A DNA stretch of 64,000 bases, taken from an uncultured Candidatus Izemoplasmatales bacterium. GTDB taxonomy: Bacteria > Bacillota_I > Bacilli_A > Izemoplasmatales > Izemoplasmataceae. The stretch covers positions 17,591 through 81,590 of the forward strand of contig CAYVZR010000001.1 in NCBI GenBank assembly GCA_964456195.1. Direction: 5' to 3'. Under the pieces are notes generated by a model. The model ran no database searches. It saw nothing but the letters and a program-made list of their open reading frames with translations, and was not told the origin of the DNA. Made by a program: the position numbers and the translations under genes. Of the stretch, positions 8,873 to 16,906 are shown piece after piece (within the stretch, counting starts at the first letter, position 1; every line of letters begins with the position of its first letter).

Positions 8873-11197
8873 TTATTTGAAATTAACAACTGTTACTCCA
8901 GTTCCGCCTTCTCCACCTTCTCCATCACGATGACTTTTGACATTAGTATTCTTATCAAGATAGGTTTTTACTAATTTTCTTAATGTCAAAGTACCATAAC
9001 CATGAATTACTGTTGCGAAAGGCATATTTGTTATTAAACAGTCATCTATGTATTTATCAAGTGAAGTCTCAGCTTCATCATATCTCATTCCTCTTAAATC
9101 AAGTTCAGGGTTAACACTTTTTTTAATATTAGATCTTACTCTACTAACTTTATTGTTTTCCTTTTTAGGGTGTTCAATAAATTCAATTTCTTCTTCTAAA
9201 AATTGTGAAGTTAAAGAGCCCATCTTTACAACCCATCGATTATTCTTTTGTTTTTTTATTAATTCTGCAGATCTATTAAATTTTAAAACATTGACAATAT
9301 CACCAATCTCATAATCGTGTTTTTCTGCAGGTTTTTTCTTTGTTTCTTCAACACTAAATGATTTAACTTTGAATTTAATATCTGCAATTTCATGATCTTT
9401 AATAACACCTTGATTTCTTAGGTCTTCTATTCCTTTGATAAGGTTAAAGGCTTCCTCTTTTGTGCTCTTGATTATATGACTTTCTTCTATAGCTACCTTT
9501 TTCATCAAAGCTCTTTTTTCTACTATAAGCTCTTTTCGCAACCCTTCAGTTCTATTGACTAGCTCTTGATTGTCTGAAATTAGAGTTTCGTATTTCCTGA
9601 TTTGTTGTTCAAGAGTGTTTCCACGTTTTTCAAGCTTATTAATTAGGTCAGTGACCTCAGAAGTTGATGTTAAAACACTCGCTTTTGCATTTTTAATTAT
9701 TGTTTTATTTAGTCCTAGTCTTTCACTAATTAACAGTGCGTTTGATTTACCAGGAGTTCCAAGTAATAATCGATATGTTGGACTCAAAGTATTAACATCA
9801 AACTCAACACTTGCATTAACTATCTCATCTTTGTTATAAGCATAGGCTTTTAACTCTGGATAATGAGTTGTAGCTATAACATGTACACCTCTTACTCTAA
9901 TATAATCTAATATACTTATCGCAAGACTTGCTCCTTCTTTAGGATCAGTCCCACTACCCAGTTCATCTAGTAATATTAATGAACCTTCTGTAAGGTTATC
10001 AATTATTCTTATTATTCTAGTCATATGTGATGAAAATGTTGATAATGATTGTTCAATTGATTGTTCATCACCAATGTCAGCAAAGACATTTTCAAATATT
10101 ACTGTCTTACTTCCTTTTTCAACTGGAATTAAAATTCCACTCTGAACCATTATTGATAATAGACCCATTGTTTTTAAAGCAACGGTTTTACCACCAGTAT
10201 TTGGTCCGGTAATAATAATGATTTTTTCTTCTTCATTAAAAGTTATCGTGTTTGCCACTACTTCTTTTGCTTTAATAAGCGGATGTCTCGCTTTAATTAG
10301 GTTTATTTCATTTTCAGTTATAAGTGGTGCATTACATTCAAATTCAACTGCGAATTTCGCAACAGCGAAAATTGCATCAAGCTCTGAAAGTATTTTTAAG
10401 TTATTAGTTAAAGGATAATAGTGTTCTGCGACTTTTATAGTTAATTCTCTTAATATTCTTTCAACTTCTTTTTGTTCATCAAGTTTAAGAATAGAGATTT
10501 CATTATTAATTGCATTTACTGCGTGTGGTTCCATGAATACAGTTTCACCACTACTTGAATAATCAATTATTGAACCTTTAAAGTTATTCTTCTCGCTTAA
10601 TTTTACAGGTACTACAAAACGGTTATTTCTTATTGTTACTAGTGAATCAGCTAATTTGGTTTTGTCAGAGTTTAAGATTACATTAAGTCTGTCTGTTATT
10701 TTACGTTGTTTTGATCTTATTGAATTTCTTATTTTTTTTAAGGCTGGAGAAGCTCCGTCACTCACATCTCCACTATCAGTAATTACTAATTGAATTTCAT
10801 TTTTTAATTTTGGAATACTTTCAATATTTTCATAATAAACATCTAGAGCTATTTCTTCTATTTCATGTTCTTTTACTTGATTGTAAAATCTAACATTATT
10901 ACCCGATGCATCAATAAGTCCGATTATATCTAGAAATTCATTTGGTCTAAGAACTGAATATATTTGAGCTTTCTTTAATGTTTCTTTTAAATCTCTTATT
11001 CCACCAAAAGGAGGTTCTTTATATAATGTAATAATCTTAAGAGCGTGATCTTCCTCTTTTAATTTTCTTTCTATTTCAAGGTAATTATTAGTTGGTTCTA
11101 TTTCAGACACTAAAAATTTACCCAAAGTTGTTTGGGCATAATTTTCTATCATTGTTTTAATTTTATTGAATTCTAGTAAACTACTATCAAAATACAT
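8873..11197 (-). CDS. mutS2: Endonuclease MutS2 (MutS domain + C-terminal Smr)
   Basis: 774 aa. Walker A GPNTGGKT and a C-terminal Smr domain LDLRGMRYDEAETSLDKYIDD...HGYGTLTLRK. Confidence 0.9.
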   Translation of the reverse strand: MYFDSSLLEFNKIKTMIENYAQTTLGKFLVSEIEPTNNYLEIERKLKEEDHALKIITLYKEPPFGGIRDLKETLKKAQIYSVLRPNEFLDIIGLIDASGNNVRFYNQVKEHEIEEIALDVYYENIESIPKLKNEIQLVITDSGDVSDGASPALKKIRNSIRSKQRKITDRLNVILNSDKTKLADSLVTIRNNRFVVPVKLSEKNNFKGSIIDYSSSGETVFMEPHAVNAINNEISILKLDEQKEVERILRELTIKVAEHYYPLTNNLKILSELDAIFAVAKFAVEFECNAPLITENEINLIKARHPLIKAKEVVANTITFNEEEKIIIITGPNTGGKTVALKTMGLLSIMVQSGILIPVEKGSKTVIFENVFADIGDEQSIEQSLSTFSSHMTRIIRIIDNLTEGSLILLDELGSGTDPKEGASLAISILDYIRVRGVHVIATTHYPELKAYAYNKDEIVNASVEFDVNTLSPTYRLLLGTPGKSNALLISERLGLNKTIIKNAKASVLTSTSEVTDLINKLEKRGNTLEQQIRKYETLISDNQELVNRTEGLRKELIVEKRALMKKVAIEESHIIKSTKEEAFNLIKGIEDLRNQGVIKDHEIADIKFKVKSFSVEETKKKPAEKHDYEIGDIVNVLKFNRSAELIKKQKNNRWVVKMGSLTSQFLEEEIEFIEHPKKENNKVSRVRSNIKKSVNPELDLRGMRYDEAETSLDKYIDDCLITNMPFATVIHGYGTLTLRKLVKTYLDKNTNVKSHRDGEGGEGGTGVTVVNFK

Positions 11198-11254
11198 AAT
11201 ATCACTCCCAGCAATACTATTTTAACAAATAATATGCTAAAATAATAGTGTGAG

Positions 11255-12175
11255 GTGGTTTTTTTGAATTATGTACTTAATTTAACGGATGAATTTGTAA
11301 AGAGAGTTATTTCGTTTTACCGAGATTATCAAGCGGATTCTAAAAATGAATCAGTTCTTTTCTTTGCGAAGACTGAATTTGTTACAGTCACAGTATATAG
11401 CTCTAATAAGGTGATGTTTCAAGGTGCTGATGCGGAAGCTGAGTACAAAATGTGGATTGCAATGTTAGATTATAAAGAAGAAGTTAAGCGTCCTAAAAAA
11501 GTAAAAAAACAAATAGATACTGACTACTTTTTAATCTCTATTGGAAGTGACGAAGTCGGTACTGGAGACTTCTTTGGTCCGATTACAGTATGTGCTGCTT
11601 ATTTAGATAAGGATCATTTGGATTTTGTTAAAGGTCTAAAAATTGATGATTCAAAGAAACTAAGTGATGAAAAGATATTGGTAATTGGAGAGCAATTAAA
11701 AGATAAGATTGCATTTAGTCTACTCACACTCCATAACGAGAAATTCAATGAACTTACTAAAAGAGGCTATAACATGAATAAAATTAAGGCTTTTTTACAT
11801 AATAAAGCAATCCTTAATTTACATTCAAAGATATTTGGTAAGCCTCCTGTTATTATGGATCAGTTTGCTGAAGAGGGTGTATATTTCAGATATTTAAGTG
11901 ATGAGGATCAAGTTTTTAGAAATATTAGATTTTATACAAAGGCTGAAAGTAAATTTGCGAGTGTTGCAATTGCTAGCATTATCGCCAGATATGCCTTTTT
12001 AAAGCATTTTGATCTTATATCAGATGAATCAGGGTATAACTTACTTAAAGGCGCCTCTGCGGGAGTTGACAGTCTTGCAAGTCAAATCATTAAAGAAAAG
12101 GGAGAACAGTTTTTATCTAAGTACGCTAAAATGAATTTTAAAACACTTAATAAAGCCAAAGAACTTCTAAAATAA
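11255..12175 (+). CDS. rnhC: Ribonuclease HIII
   Basis: The motif GSDEVGTGDFFGPITVCAAY plus the N-terminal DUF-type domain are typical of RNase HIII. The true start may be TTG at 11264, after GAGGTGG. Confidence 0.8.
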   Translation: MVFLNYVLNLTDEFVKRVISFYRDYQADSKNESVLFFAKTEFVTVTVYSSNKVMFQGADAEAEYKMWIAMLDYKEEVKRPKKVKKQIDTDYFLISIGSDEVGTGDFFGPITVCAAYLDKDHLDFVKGLKIDDSKKLSDEKILVIGEQLKDKIAFSLLTLHNEKFNELTKRGYNMNKIKAFLHNKAILNLHSKIFGKPPVIMDQFAEEGVYFRYLSDEDQVFRNIRFYTKAESKFASVAIASIIARYAFLKHFDLISDESGYNLLKGASAGVDSLASQIIKEKGEQFLSKYAKMNFKTLNKAKELLK

Positions 12176-12250
12176 ATGTTTACTACGTTGCTAATCGTTT
12201 GCTTTATAGCGGTATTTATAGTATTATATTTATGAAAAGGAGAGGATACA

Positions 12251-12745
12251 ATGAACAAAAAATTAGCAGAAGCAATTAACACTCAAATAAATTATGAAAT
12301 TGAATCAGCACATGTTTATTTAGCAATGCAATCGTATATTAGCACACTAGGACTCGACGGATTTGAAAATTGGTTTGGTATTCAATATGATGAAGAATTA
12401 GCACATGCCCGTAAATTCATTAAATTTATGAATGATCGTGGAGCACGTGTAGAAATTCGTGGATTTGAAACACCACGTAATGACTTTACTTCTCTTTTAG
12501 AGGTATGCGAAGTGTCTTTAAATCATGAAAAAGGTGTTACTACTCGAATTAATAACATCATGAGCATCGCTCATGAATTAAAAGACTATGCAAGTGTTAG
12601 TTTTCTACAATGGTATGTCGATGAACAAGTTGAAGAGGAAGATAATTTCTCAAAACTTATTGATAAAATCAAATTAGTCAAAGACGCTGGACTCTATATG
12701 TTAGATAAAGAACTTCTAACACGCGTATTTGTACCATTAGTTTAA
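12251..12745 (+). CDS. ftn: Non-haem ferritin
   Basis: 164 aa. LAEAINTQINYEIESAHVYLAMQSY...EELAHARKFIKFMNDRG, with the ferroxidase-centre E/H pattern. AAAGGAGAGG RBS. Confidence 0.85.
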   Translation: MNKKLAEAINTQINYEIESAHVYLAMQSYISTLGLDGFENWFGIQYDEELAHARKFIKFMNDRGARVEIRGFETPRNDFTSLLEVCEVSLNHEKGVTTRINNIMSIAHELKDYASVSFLQWYVDEQVEEEDNFSKLIDKIKLVKDAGLYMLDKELLTRVFVPLV

Positions 12746-12763
12746 ATATACATAATAAATAGT

Positions 12764-12790
12764 TTCTCAGATGAGAAACTTTTTTTATTG
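12764..12790 (+). terminator. Ferritin terminator
   Basis: Stem agtttctca/tgagaaact, followed by TTTTTTTATT. Confidence 0.75.
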
Positions 12791-12840
12791 CCAAATAGTC
12801 ATTTAATTTAATGTAATTCTTGGAACATTATGCTCACATA

Positions 12841-13104
12841 TTAGTTCTCTACAACTTTTTCTCCAATCGAAATTGCAGATAATGCTGTCGCTCCATTTCC
12901 AAACCCCGAGCTAATTGATATAATTAAGAAAGAAATTGGAAAAGTAATCGCCATTCCCGCCAATATGTCGATACTAATTTGTCCAGCATATATACTATCA
13001 ACAACATTAAACAACGTATTGAAAGCAAAACCAACAGAAGCTGGTATTGCAATTTTTTTTAGAAGTGAATTAATATTCCCTTTTGTTAAGTCAGGATTCT
13101 TCAT
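12841..13104 (-). pseudogene. Truncated MATE-family efflux transporter (N-terminal 87 codons only)
   Basis: The sequence KGNINSLLKKIAIPASVGFAFNTLFNVVDSIYAGQIS..ILAGMAITFPI matches the N-terminus of ~450-aa MATE proteins. The ORF stops after 87 aa and abuts the ferritin terminator. Confidence 0.6.
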
Positions 13105-13260
13105 TTTATCACAATCTTTTATATCTAATTATAATATAAGTTGAATATATAAAAACATATATGCTTAAAGATACAAAAAACCCCCAATTTTGTAGTGTTC
13201 TTACAAATAAGGAGGTTTAATTGTTTATAACATAATTATGCACTATAATAAGAGCAAGAG

Positions 13261-13683
13261 GTGATGACTATTATAAAAATTAAAGAACTAAGCGATGTTA
13301 TAGATATTGCACAATGGACAAACCTGGAACAAAACTTATACTATGATAAAGATTCTCATAAAATAATAATTGACTCTGTAGAATTTTATGACGATGTTAA
13401 TCTTATGGATGATGCCAATGATGAATATATCAGTATAGTCGTTGAGCCATTTAGTAGAGATATGTTTTTAAGCTTCTTTTTAACCATTAAGAATGACACA
13501 GTAAAACAAATGTTTTTTGATAAATTCCATGGTTCTAAAAAGTATCGCAAAGTAAAGGACTTGTTTCCTCGCTATCATTTACTAGAATCATTCTATCATT
13601 ATAAAGATGATTATATGTTGAAGATAGCTGAAAAATGGTGCAACGAAAACAATATTTCATATCTCGATTTTGATGAAAAGTAA
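13261..13683 (+). CDS. Hypothetical protein, possibly UPF0158 family
   Basis: The C-terminal pattern ...FHGSKKYRKVKDLFPRY.LLESFYHYKDDY....AEKWCNENNI resembles the G-x-G-A-F-R-R-F-K / W motif I recall for UPF0158. The likely start is ATG 13264, after AAGAGGTG. Confidence 0.45.
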   Translation: MMTIIKIKELSDVIDIAQWTNLEQNLYYDKDSHKIIIDSVEFYDDVNLMDDANDEYISIVVEPFSRDMFLSFFLTIKNDTVKQMFFDKFHGSKKYRKVKDLFPRYHLLESFYHYKDDYMLKIAEKWCNENNISYLDFDEK

Positions 13684-13725
13684 ATGATTCAAAATTTAAA
13701 AAGAAAAAATAAAACTATACATGTA

Positions 13726-13926
13726 TTATATTATTGACAAGCAAAATGTTGTGCGAAAACCAAGCATGTAAAATCCGAAGAGATCCTGAAGAGGAAACCA
13801 CAATAGTGTAGAGTAGGAAAGCATTCTGTTTGTCCTTTTTTTATTCATTTTTTTATAATATTCTACTACTTTCTTTTTAAATTCTATTGAATGTTTAGTC
13901 ATATAAAAATTGCACCGTCGACACAA
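13726..13926 (-). pseudogene. Possible frameshifted relic of an IS3/IS150-family transposase OrfA N-terminus
   Basis: MTKHSIEFKKKVVEYYKK resembles IS150-type OrfA starts (MSKYSYEFKLKVV..Y). A shifted frame continues ...NAFLLYTIVVSSSGSLRILHAWF (HTH-like). No intact transposase is present. Confidence 0.3.
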
Positions 13927-14108
13927 GGATTTTCAATCCAAAATTGCAGCAAAAAAGAGAATTAATACCTCATTTTTTATTGTATTAGGCCATTTTAACA
14001 GTAAATCAATCCACACTAACAGTAATGCAGATATAAAATCATAATGAATTGAATAAGTTTACAACTTATACCACTCTCATGATAGAATATAAATGAGGTG
14101 ATAAGTCT

Positions 14109-14519
14109 ATGTTAGAAAAAAAACAAAATAACAGAATAATTTTAGTTATAATTATGATTTTACACGGAGTTTCTATTATGATTAAATACATCCCGGAGAT
14201 GATAAATCAAAAACCTTACGTTATTTATAGCATTGAATATTCTTCATATTTACATTTTATAGGAATATTTCTAGGGTTATTACTTATACTATCAGGGCTT
14301 GGAATATATTACAAAAAAATAGCAACACATTACCTTGCGCTGAGTATTTATGTAATATTTGGAATCTGGATAATTGTATGGTATATAATTGATATTATTA
14401 AGTATTCATCTTTGTCTTCATCTTCATTCCCATTACTGCTTACAATTTTAATTATTGGATATATAGCTGTAATGATTTACTTCATTCATAAATCAAAAGT
14501 GAAAATACAAAAAATGTAA
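14109..14519 (+). CDS. Hypothetical integral membrane protein (about four TM helices)
   Basis: Good RBS (GAGGTGA, 7 nt before the ATG), a hydrophobic 136-aa ORF and a strong terminator downstream. Confidence 0.5.
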   Translation: MLEKKQNNRIILVIIMILHGVSIMIKYIPEMINQKPYVIYSIEYSSYLHFIGIFLGLLLILSGLGIYYKKIATHYLALSIYVIFGIWIIVWYIIDIIKYSSLSSSSFPLLLTILIIGYIAVMIYFIHKSKVKIQKM

Positions 14520-14554
14520 TATTTGAATTTAATTATTGTATGAAAAGATAAAAA

Positions 14555-14590
14555 ACACTATAGTTCAGTAACTAACTATGGTGTTTTTTT
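14555..14590 (+). terminator. Rho-independent terminator
   Basis: An 11-bp stem, acactatagtt/aactatggtgt, followed by TTTTTT. Confidence 0.7.
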
Positions 14591-14691
14591 ATTATCTTAT
14601 TTTATATAAATAAGAAGATGATAATTAGTCTAAAGGTGTTGAAGTTACAACACATGGCTTTTCAATCTGTTATAGTCGATCTTTTTTATTG

Positions 14692-14790
14692 GGAATTACT
14701 TGTAACCCAAAGGTCTAAACCTAAAATGGTCGGGGTAAAAAAATAACCAAACCTATAAAGGGATTGGTTATTTTGGTTACAAGTAATTCC
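14692..14790. repeat. Perfect 16-bp inverted repeat (GGAATTACTTGTAACC / GGTTACAAGTAATTCC) separated by 67 bp
   Basis: Read directly: arms at 14692-14707 and 14775-14790. The right arm overlaps the acceptor end of the tRNA fragment, and the spacer contains the fossil terminator. Confidence 0.85.
14735..14773 (-). terminator. Fossil terminator immediately 3' of the tRNA fragment
   Basis: Minus strand: AAATAACCAA-TCCCTTTATAGGT-TTGGTTATTT followed by TTTT. Confidence 0.45.
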
Positions 14791-14827
14791 GGGAGGGATT
14801 CGAACCCCCGGCCGACGCCTTAGAAGT
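14785..14827 (-). pseudogene. 3' half of a tRNA-Arg(UCU)-like gene (anticodon loop to discriminator); no 5' half
   Basis: Minus strand: A-CTTCTAA-GGCGT-CGGCC-GGGGG-TTCGAAT-CCCTC-CCGGAAT-T. The anticodon loop has TCT, the T arm is intact and an acceptor 3' strand is present. The upstream sequence cannot pair as an anticodon stem or D arm. Confidence 0.55.
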
Positions 14828-14849
14828 AATGTTGACTCACTTAAAAATG

Positions 14850-14877
14850 CAAAAAAAAGATTCTCTTTTTGAGAATC
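14850..14877 (-). terminator. Terminator of the PPC-repeat lipoprotein gene
   Basis: Stem gattctc/gagaatc, followed on the minus strand by a run of nine T. Confidence 0.7.
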
Positions 14878-14917
14878 CTCTAATTTAATTTATTCAATTA
14901 TCTAGAAATTCGTTACT

Positions 14918-16345
14918 CTATGATGCCTCAAAAATTACAAATAATGTGTAATCACCATATTCTGATCTGTCAAGTCCTTTAACTTCTATGGTATATGTTC
15001 CTGCAGACAATGCAGCAATTTCTATTACAAAATCTTCATCATAAGAACCCGCTGGACCATTATCATCTTCCGCGATGATATCTCCATCTGCATCATAAAT
15101 AATCCCATAAGAGTTAAATTCACTAAATAGGTATACCATAAGTTCGCCCTCGGTTGCAACTACAATTGTATAAACATCAATACCACCTGTACTAAGTGTT
15201 TTACTAGCCGTTGTGTTCAAATCAATTGTAAAGTCATCACCATCTCCTGCAGCAGGTGTTTCTTCTACTGTATCAACATGAAGTTCATAGTCAGCAAGTG
15301 TATAATCCAAAGAACTAACACGAATATAATATACTCCTGGTTCTAAGTACAAATTATCAAATAAGAAATTGTATCCTTCTCCTCCATCATCATTATATTC
15401 AAAAGGATATGTTGCAGACTTAGATACATAGATATCTCCTTCTAAATCATAATTACCTTCAGAATAAATATTGACGGTTACCGCTTCTGTAATTGTTAAT
15501 TCAAAGTATTCTGCTCCATGTCTTTCCACTGAACTTGCTACAAAGCTATCTAAACCAACAGTAATATAGACTATTTCATCTTGAATAAAATCATAAAATA
15601 ATTCATAGTTCCCAACGTCATACTCACCAGCTCCAGAAATTTCAATGAAATATGTTCCGCTTTCTAAAAATACATCAATATAAAAATCATCACCGTTTTC
15701 TCCATCATCATTTTCTGCGACAATGTCTCCATTTGAATCATAGATAGCTCCATATGTATCAAAGAAACTATCAGTATATAGTTGAACGTCCCCATCACTT
15801 GGCACAATAAATTCAACTGTGTTTGTGACACCATTAAATATATCGTCCGAAATCATAGAGTTCATAGCGATTTCTGAAACATGTACAACAGTTGTTGCTT
15901 CAACAAGTAACTGATAAGTTCCACTTGTAGTATCTTCAGAAGCTGTTACTCCGACAAGATATGTTCCTGGTTCTAAATAAACAAGTATTTTAAAATTATA
16001 ATCTATATCACTGATATCATCATTATAAGATATAAATTGTCCTGTGACTGTACTTAAAATACCATCTAAATCAAGGTCTCCCATACTAGTAATGCTGTAA
16101 AAAGAAGCTGTATAAATATCTAGCAAGTACGCTTCCCCGTCTTCATTAAATTCTCCATTAAGTAAGACTCCTACCGATAAAGCAGCCGCTCCATCAATTC
16201 CTTCTTGTAGATCCACTGGGTCCACAACATCAATTAAATCAGTTGGATCCTTGACATTTCCTGCATCATCTGTTGCAGAACTACATCCCGTTAATAACAT
16301 TGCGATAACTAGTAAAAAAGCACACAAAACCTTCTTCATTTTCAT
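14918..16345 (-). CDS. Acidic lipoprotein with four tandem PPC-type (pre-peptidase C-terminal-like) repeats
   Basis: Signal peptide + lipobox LLTGC (Cys21). Four ~100-aa modules each end in G(T/V)Y..(V/I).....(G/A)(T/N/D)Y.L (GTYLVGVTASEDTTSGTYQLLVE, GTYFIEISGAGEYDVGNYELFYD, GVYYIRVSSLDYTLADYELHVD, GTYTIEVKGLDRSEYGDYTLFVI). The probable start is the ATG at 16339. Confidence 0.7.
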   Translation of the reverse strand: MKMKKVLCAFLLVIAMLLTGCSSATDDAGNVKDPTDLIDVVDPVDLQEGIDGAAALSVGVLLNGEFNEDGEAYLLDIYTASFYSITSMGDLDLDGILSTVTGQFISYNDDISDIDYNFKILVYLEPGTYLVGVTASEDTTSGTYQLLVEATTVVHVSEIAMNSMISDDIFNGVTNTVEFIVPSDGDVQLYTDSFFDTYGAIYDSNGDIVAENDDGENGDDFYIDVFLESGTYFIEISGAGEYDVGNYELFYDFIQDEIVYITVGLDSFVASSVERHGAEYFELTITEAVTVNIYSEGNYDLEGDIYVSKSATYPFEYNDDGGEGYNFLFDNLYLEPGVYYIRVSSLDYTLADYELHVDTVEETPAAGDGDDFTIDLNTTASKTLSTGGIDVYTIVVATEGELMVYLFSEFNSYGIIYDADGDIIAEDDNGPAGSYDEDFVIEIAALSAGTYTIEVKGLDRSEYGDYTLFVIFEAS

Positions 16346-16369
16346 TCCTCCTAGTAAATATATAACTCA

Positions 16370-16399
16370 ATTATAGTATAATATACAATCACTTATCAA
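16370..16399 (-). promoter_or_regulatory. Sigma-A-type promoter of the lipoprotein gene (TTGATA-18-TATAAT)
   Basis: -10 at 16370-16375 and -35 at 16394-16399 on the minus strand. Confidence 0.45.
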
Positions 16400-16567
16400 G
16401 AACAAAATACTTGTTCCAATCAAATCAGCATCTTATAACTTAACTTTTTTTTACTCGAAATAGTGTTTAGGGATAAAAAAAAGCTAACTTATAAGAGCTA
16501 GCTTATGTTTTAACATGGTATTACTGGCAGAAGTCAAGTGATGTATTTCCGGTGTAGTACATTTGGA

Positions 16568-16906
16568 TTATATTGTTTCGATATTTGTGATTTTATATGC
16601 TGAAACGGCTAATTCATTGATATAGACGAGCTTGTTAAATTGGTCAGTTCTTGTTATTCTTCCTTCTACTTCTAAAATGTCACCTTCATCAAAGTAAGAA
16701 ACTAATATAAGACTATTAAACAGGTTTGCAATTTCTAGCTTATAGTTTAAGTCCGCTTCTTGATCTGGACTAAGTACTGGCATTTCTTTCCTAGTTTTTC
16801 CATTTAATAGTTCTTTTAGATAATCACTTTGTTCTAAAAGAGCATTGAACGGCATCCATTTCATCATTTTACGATCATGATAAACATAGTTATCCATTAT
16901 GTCCAC
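16568..16906 (-). CDS. YolD-like protein (accessory to Y-family polymerases)
   Basis: 112 aa. The MMKWMPFNALLEQSDYLKEL pattern (K-W-x-P-F) matches YolD/YqjX-like proteins, and the gene overlaps the end of the polymerase gene. Confidence 0.6.
   Translation of the reverse strand: MDIMDNYVYHDRKMMKWMPFNALLEQSDYLKELLNGKTRKEMPVLSPDQEADLNYKLEIANLFNSLILVSYFDEGDILEVEGRITRTDQFNKLVYINELAVSAYKITNIETI

Noticed and set aside
12196-12240. TTATAGTATTATATT upstream of the ferritin gene as a possible PerR/Fur box
   Set aside because: It matches the 7-1-7 consensus (TTATAAT-N-ATTATAA / TGATAAT-N-ATTATCA) poorly. It cannot be distinguished from AT-rich promoter sequence by eye.
12082-12282. 66-aa minus-strand ORF bridging the rnhC end and the ferritin start; similarly 5035-5244 (+), 8768-8974 (+) and 21861-22079 (+)
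   Set aside because: These ORFs overlap well-supported genes and their RBS or terminator regions. They have no RBS or motifs of their own.
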